Of a stretch of 64,000 nt of DNA, positions 59,601 through 64,000 are shown piece after piece. The stretch's first letter is position 1, and every line of letters starts with the position of its first letter. Below the pieces are notes generated by a model that was given only the letters and a program-made list of their open reading frames with translations, was not told the origin of the DNA and did no database searches. Origin of the DNA: Botryllus schlosseri (Eukaryota); contig CM119371.1 in assembly GCA_051294905.1 (NCBI GenBank), forward strand, positions 38,504,001 to 38,568,000, given 5' to 3'. The position numbers and the translations under genes were made by a program.

Positions 59601-61409
59601 TGTGTATGTGTATCATGAGTCGGTGTATATGCCGCAAAAACATCAAGGACAAAAATAAACTAAGTCTTCCTTCCTTACGTCCTTCCTTCTTGGAGGCACA
59701 GGACTTCAATATAGGCCTACATTTAAATTATAAGAATTCTTTTCAATTCTCTACTAGTTGCTGACGATTATCCTTGGTTTACTTTAAGTTGAATATATTA
59801 GTCAATTGTTCCAACGCTCCTACTTTCAGGAGAGCACGGAGACACAAGCACAGGAATGGAATTGTTGACGGCTCGTGAAATCATAGGATCAGGGAAAATT
59901 TGCATCTTGGTTGCGTCACCACAAGTGCGACTTTGCTTTTGATAAATCTTGTTATTCGTTCCGAGGCATTCGCACTTTCACGGTTTTGACTCGTCTCACA
60001 GTCATACTGTTCAGTGTTCTCTTACAAGCTCAGATCATTTTCAACTCGCTTTTTACAAATCTGCTTCAGTGATATGGAATGCCTCACATTTACAATATAG
60101 GCCTACTAATTTCCTTGCTCACTCTCACAGTTTCTGGCCCTATTTTCCAAGTACCAGTACTGATAGACAAATTACAAATATTGTGGTGACTTTACTATTC
60201 TTTGAAGTTACAATGAAATGCCTGTCCTGGCCGTCCGAGTCTCGAGTCATATGACTTGGCCGAGTCATGCATATTGACTCGAGTAGGCCTACAAGTTAGT
60301 CAATATACAAAGTTACCCGAGTCGAGTCATTTTTAGTAATTAAAAAAATGACTTGAGTCGAATCTCGAGGTAAATATTGTGCTGCAATGATTCGATTCTG
60401 AAAACAGAATTAGGAGATACTTGAAATATTGGAGTATCACTGATCATGAAATCGTAAGAGTATAAATGTCGAAATTTTGACTAGTTACCTTTTATTCTGC
60501 ATCACACTAACGCTCGTTTGGTGTTTTATGATAGCACCTAATTCATTGCGCTTTGTGACTATCCAGTGCGTTGATGACGACTTCCCCACCTACCAACATT
60601 AATATGACTAAACGAAAATAATAGTTGTTCTACATCATGTTTTCGATAATTTGGTGTCTTTTCGGCCGTATCATTTCCGTCGATATTTCCAGACGCTGAA
60701 AATTGTGCGGACCTCGGAGTTTTTGCCGTATGCAGTTTACGTTAAAGCAGACAGTGGGCACATGGAAAGCTTTGGAAAGGTAAGGCAAAACTTCGATATG
60801 CATCACATTGGGTATTTTGGACCAGGGGTCCCCAGCCTACGGGCCCTGAAAAAAATTTGAAAATGTATTAACTTTAAGTGTACTACTCAACTACAACAAA
60901 AGAAATAAATTAAAATCCTCTGAAAATACTGGTATAGCAATAGGCTCATTAATCTCGAGTTTATTTTATTTTCCACGCCACCAAACCAGCAATTAAGACA
61001 TCATCACTCATGTAGTTTTGACTCTAGTGAAGTCGAGTCATTTTCAATTAGCCACCAAGCCCAAGTCGGCAATCAGAGGGTCGATTCTGAATCTTAGTGT
61101 CTAGATAAAGTTATAGGCAACCCAACTTTTTACATCTATAATTGGGTGATATAGAATGTCTCGTATTCATAATGTAGTAATAAGCATCGAGCCGTAGTTT
61201 AGCTATCAATAATATATGGTAATTACACCTGCAATCCTGTGTTACAGAACTACGAACTGTCCAGCAAAGATATCGAACGGTACTACATGCAGTACATAGA
61301 TTCCGTGGTGGACTTCTCAAACTGGGACGACGTGGCAAAAACTATCATAGAACAAATGAAATCTCTGGAAACGCGACACCAATGGGTGCCCACAAGTTGG
61401 GTGTACTGA
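44683..61409 (+). CDS. MPP2/MPP6: MAGUK p55-subfamily scaffold (L27-L27-PDZ-SH3-HOOK-GK), MPP2/MPP6(PALS2)-like; 15 coding exons, 527 aa
   Basis: Exons: 44683-44722, 46346-46464, 46987-47133, 47746-47848, 51164-51231, 52147-52237, 53083-53219, 54070-54201, 55048-55162, 56183-56280, 57309-57435, 58451-58513, 59830-59924, 60693-60779, 61248-61409 (sum 1584 nt, phases consistent). Motifs: NPIVQSLAKAH (L27), AVRMVG..EPLGIT..IARILQGSEIDKKGLLHI (PDZ), [38 protein letters not shown] and GLIPSQSLEEKR (SH3), RTSEFLPY, C-terminal QWVPTSWVY*. Confidence 0.92.
45401..46221. mobile_element. Tc2/pogo-like MITE
   Basis: TA-flanked TIR CC(A/G)TAATTTT; internal repeats GGGTGCGTA(T/C)TATACATGGG near both ends. 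Confidence 0.7.
46620..46773. repeat. Diverged tandem duplication, 77-bp period
   Basis: CGGAGATC...GCTGATC...AGAATGC...GATTAAAAACT starts at 46626 and again at 46703. Confidence 0.7.
47248..47452 (+). mobile_element. Same SINE family, 3'-truncated
   Basis: Collinear with 59344-59550. Confidence 0.75.
48065..48294 (-). mobile_element. Family A fold-back copy, tail on the left, interrupted by a hAT MITE
   Basis: AGCTTCTCGGAGG tail followed by inverted arms. Confidence 0.7.
48295..49686. mobile_element. hAT non-autonomous element
   Basis: TIR C(G/A)GTGCTTTTCAACCT; perfect TSD CACTATTC; TCATTCGCAC subterminal repeats. Confidence 0.85.
50483..50693 (+). mobile_element. Family A fold-back copy
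   Basis: Short inverted left arm; the right arm has a mutated GAAA (GCAA). Confidence 0.7.
51427..51923. mobile_element. GACTCGAGTC-rich MITE copy
   Basis: CAGGGTTATAACCAAG...CAACCCTG; collinear with 56629-57153. Confidence 0.75.
52718..53009 (+). mobile_element. Family A fold-back copy
   Basis: Long left arm, short right arm with tail; flanking near-direct repeat AATCTCYTGAA (52707-52717, 53010-53020). Confidence 0.75.
53451..53900. mobile_element. GACTCGAGTC-rich MITE copy
   Basis: Collinear with 56629-57153. Confidence 0.75.
54520..55001. mobile_element. hAT MITE
   Basis: TIR CAGTGGTTCCCAAC at both ends; TSD not preserved. Confidence 0.65.
55558..55851 (+). mobile_element. Family A, longest single arm with a short 5' inversion
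   Basis: Hairpin GGTTGGTGTATTTTGATAAAA-C-TTTTATCAAAATACACCAACC, then an arm of about 270 bp ending CCAAGAAGCTCTTC. Confidence 0.8.
55744..55787 (+). ncRNA. Minimal type I hammerhead ribozyme (family A), intact
   Basis: Identical motif to 3687-3730. Confidence 0.8.
56629..57153. mobile_element. GACTCGAGTC-rich MITE family of about 500 bp (CAGGGTT...AACCCTG ends)
   Basis: Related copies at about 51427-51923, 53451-53900, 59985-60370, 10910-11217 plus 14295-14350, 14370-14807, 28290-28430, 61005-61170 and 3950-4470. Confidence 0.75.
57478..57820. mobile_element. Family A fold-back copy
   Basis: Inverted arms of unequal length; boundaries approximate. Confidence 0.75.
57509..57552 (-). ncRNA. 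Minimal hammerhead ribozyme (family A) with variant loop II
   Basis: Reverse complement reads GCCGAC-gatt-ACCC-CTGACGA-GTGTCGTCC-GAAAATATTC-GGGT; core intact. Confidence 0.65.
58055..58382. mobile_element. hAT MITE, young
   Basis: TIR CAGTGGTTCCCAAC; perfect TSD GTTTAGAA; TCGCCCCC repeats. Confidence 0.9.
59039..59278. mobile_element. hAT (Blackjack-like) MITE
   Basis: TAGGGTTACCATA / TATGGCAACCCTA. Confidence 0.7.
59344..59690 (+). mobile_element. tRNA-derived SINE, near full length
   Basis: A box TAGCGTGAGGG, B box GGTTCGATTCC, conserved body CCAAAGAC...CTCCCTGCTTGGCGCTCA, (CCTT)n tail. Confidence 0.8.
59684..59800 (-). mobile_element. Family A fold-back remnant abutting a SINE tail
   Basis: CTTCTTGGAGGCACAGGACTTCAATA tail plus CAATTCTCTACTAGTTGCTGACGATTA. 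Confidence 0.6.
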
Positions 61410-62607
61410 TATTCTGTTTTTACGGTTCATATTTCTTTGCTATTTCTTATGCTTATTAACTTTTTGTTTCAAACGTGCGATATAACACCCTTTTCTTTTT
61501 ATTTTGCGGAAATTGGACGCCATATTTGCCATTGACGAATCACAGCCAGAGGTGGTTAAAGTATTCAACTTTGCTGTTGAACTGGAAGCAGACTTCGAAA
61601 ACTAGAAAATATTCAGCTGAATTAGAATAGACTTTGAATAATAGCTACACATTTTTTCTAATCCGACTGGAATTAGAATTATAACTACAGTTTTTTCCGA
61701 ACTGGATTAGAATTCAGTTATTGAAATTGGTCGTTTAACGAAGGTCGCTTCATAAATAATAACCAGAGTTTATTCTCTAAGCATGAGAATAGCAAATTTC
61801 GTATCACCAAGCTAGGCTTGTTTCGCACGATACACTTAGCCAGTAATATTTTCAGGAAAACCAGAATTAAGAATTAACGTTGGAGCATGGAAACATTTCA
61901 CAAATTATATTAGAATTAGTTTACCGGTATTTTGCTGAAATTACTATAATTAGACAACCATAATGACCTTGTTGTCCAAGTGTGGTCCGAACAAATATTA
62001 GTCACTTGAGTAAGTGCAGCGAGTAGGTGAAGCTCAATGCATACTCTGTAAGAGTATAACGTCTTTGATGACCACCTCTGATCTTCGTCATGCATATTAC
62101 GTCAGCATCGATTTTATTTCATCTCTGTTTTTCATCTCGGTTTTCTTTGGTTTTTTATATGCCGAATTCATTATCTTTCGCTAATAACCCAAAATATCCG
62201 AAATCATTAACCGTGCGCAAGTGTTCCAGTGTTACATACCTAAACGTATCAAAAACCTGCCCACCAGACCTCATATATTCTGTACGGCCAATATTAATCA
62301 AACGAATATCCATTGGGTGAGATTAGCGTGCGCATTAATTGATGTTCTACAGTGCTACACCCACTCCAAAAGTGGTCATAAAATACATTCGGAACCAAAA
62401 TAATAAGCGAACCATTAATATTTTCACCGATGATAACAAGTCAATATCGCACTTTAAAAAAGATATAATTTTCGGCCATTGAAGATTAAAAAAGATCGCA
62501 CTATTTGTAAAGAGTCTCATTAGTATAATCTTGCTTGCTAGGCTGGGAATATTGCTCTGTTTCTTGCGTTGTATCGTTGTTGTTACTTGTATAGCCTACA
62601 TGTAATG

Positions 62608-63295
62608 CAGTGGTTCCCAACCTTTTTTGTCTCGTGCCCCCCTTGGCCGATATTTGAGCTAAAATTCCCCCCCTATGAGAAAGTTACCTGTTACTAAAAA
62701 TGTTCTTTTTAACGCTCAACCATTTGTTGACTGAGCCATTGATGGTCAAACATATTCAGATATGTTCGAACTATGGCGAATACGGACTGCACTAAACTTT
62801 GATAAAGTACAGTCGAATTTGACCTGTGTTGGGGCGGTATGGGTGGCCGCTGTCGAAAAATAAATCACCAAGTCTGCTTGCTATGGACTTGAGTTGAATC
62901 GATGAATTTGGTACGGTACGTTTTTCAGGTTAGCCCATATGTTGGCTTAAAAAGTTGAACAATTTCACTAGTGGCGTTGTGCTGAATTCGGCTTGACGTT
63001 TTCCTGCTCAGTAGCAATTTGATCGAGAGGCTGTCGCGGACCCAACGAAATCGTCTTGTTAGCCTCACTTTATCAGGGGGTAAAAAAGCTACTGAAGGCA
63101 TTTAAACGTACACCTAAATTGAAATCCGCCGACGAAACATACAATTGTAAAGAACGAATTTCTACTTAAGAGTTCTATACCATAAAAATCTAAAAACCTT
63201 GTGAACTCAGTGTATCTGCCTGATTTCCCCTTAAAAATTGAGCTAGATTCCACCCTAAAAATTTCAAAATTCCCCCCAAAGGTTGGGAACCACTG
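62608..63295. mobile_element. hAT non-autonomous element
   Basis: TIR CAGTGGTTCCCAACCTTT; TSD ATGTAATG/ATATAATG. Confidence 0.85.
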
Positions 63296-63606
63296 ATATA
63301 ATGGAAATGGTTCTTTTGTGTTGTAGACTCCTAGCATCGAATTCAATTTTGCTTGCACGAAACAATCAGAATTTGCCATTATACTGTGCTCAGTTTTACC
63401 CTGGTCGAGGAAACGCTTGCTCGAAATAACTGTCAGCAGAAGAACTAACGTGTCACGCTAACATGAATCGCCGGAAATATAAATTCTTTCGGAGAGTATG
63501 TGGATTTTCGTGTCCCACAGCAGGCAGATGAATATACGTTTGACATTTGGTGAATCAGCTGTTTGAGTGCAAGTTTTCATCAATTACCACCTCGCTGGTA
63601 TATGAC

Positions 63607-63931
63607 GGGGAGATAGCGTAGTGGTGACGAAAAGCGCCCCGGTTCAATTCCCGCCAGGGTCCATCTGGACTCTTATTCTCCAGACAGAGACCCGACGAAA
63701 GAAAGAACTCTCAAGGAATGAAAAGGGCCGTTGTTTCAAAAAGATCAACATCGATAAGAACTGTCACATCGGGCACTCTAGGCGGAGGTGGAAGTCAGTC
63801 TAACTAAAAGGATCACAACTAGCCTACGTGTCGTTCGATATCCTTCCATCCGCTCATGACATCGCATTGTACATTGTGTGTGACTTGTTTTGGTGAAAAA
63901 TGTAACCCAACGATTATTATTAGTATTATTA
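63607..63931 (+). mobile_element. Possible second SINE family
   Basis: A-box-like TAGCGTAGTGG, B-box-like GGTTCAATTCC, (ATT)n tail; single copy in this window. Confidence 0.45.
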
Positions 63932-64000
63932 AGCGGTTCGCTGTCGTGGTGCGACAATCTTCGAGAGTTTGAAATGAGAGTTGAATGTTTGAGTTGAGTT

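Noticed and set aside
63621..63803. Start of a third protein-coding gene
   Set aside because: No recognisable domain or clear splice signals; better explained as a SINE-like unit
1..64000. Autonomous transposase, RT or GIY-YIG ORF
   Set aside because: None recognised in the ORF track or by eye; the partner elements must lie outside this window

Overview
AT-rich, repeat-dense animal genomic DNA. The gene content, GT-AG introns of about 60 bp to several kb and dense hAT MITEs suggest an invertebrate chordate such as an ascidian, but the taxon is inference only. Two spliced + strand genes were assembled by hand with consistent intron phases. (1) A DPP6/DPP10-like, catalytically dead dipeptidyl-peptidase (3371-41821, 831 aa with exon 1a) has up to five candidate alternative first exons, and its introns host four identical tRNA-Ala(AGC) genes and one tRNA-Lys(UUU). 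(2) An MPP2/MPP6 (PALS2)-like MAGUK (44683-61409, 527 aa) has an eroded guanylate-kinase domain. The rest is non-autonomous hAT, Tc2/pogo-like and CACTG-ended elements plus tRNA-derived SINEs. The most notable signals are: two sequence-unrelated families of fold-back insertions with long target duplications, each carrying a minimal type I hammerhead ribozyme with an identically registered loop-II pseudoknot (one has a compensatory U3-A8 core), resembling non-autonomous Penelope-like elements or retrozymes; and recurrent TA-to-TAGG(C)CTA micro-insertions visible by comparing sibling repeat copies. All analysis was by eye; no searches or folding programs were run.
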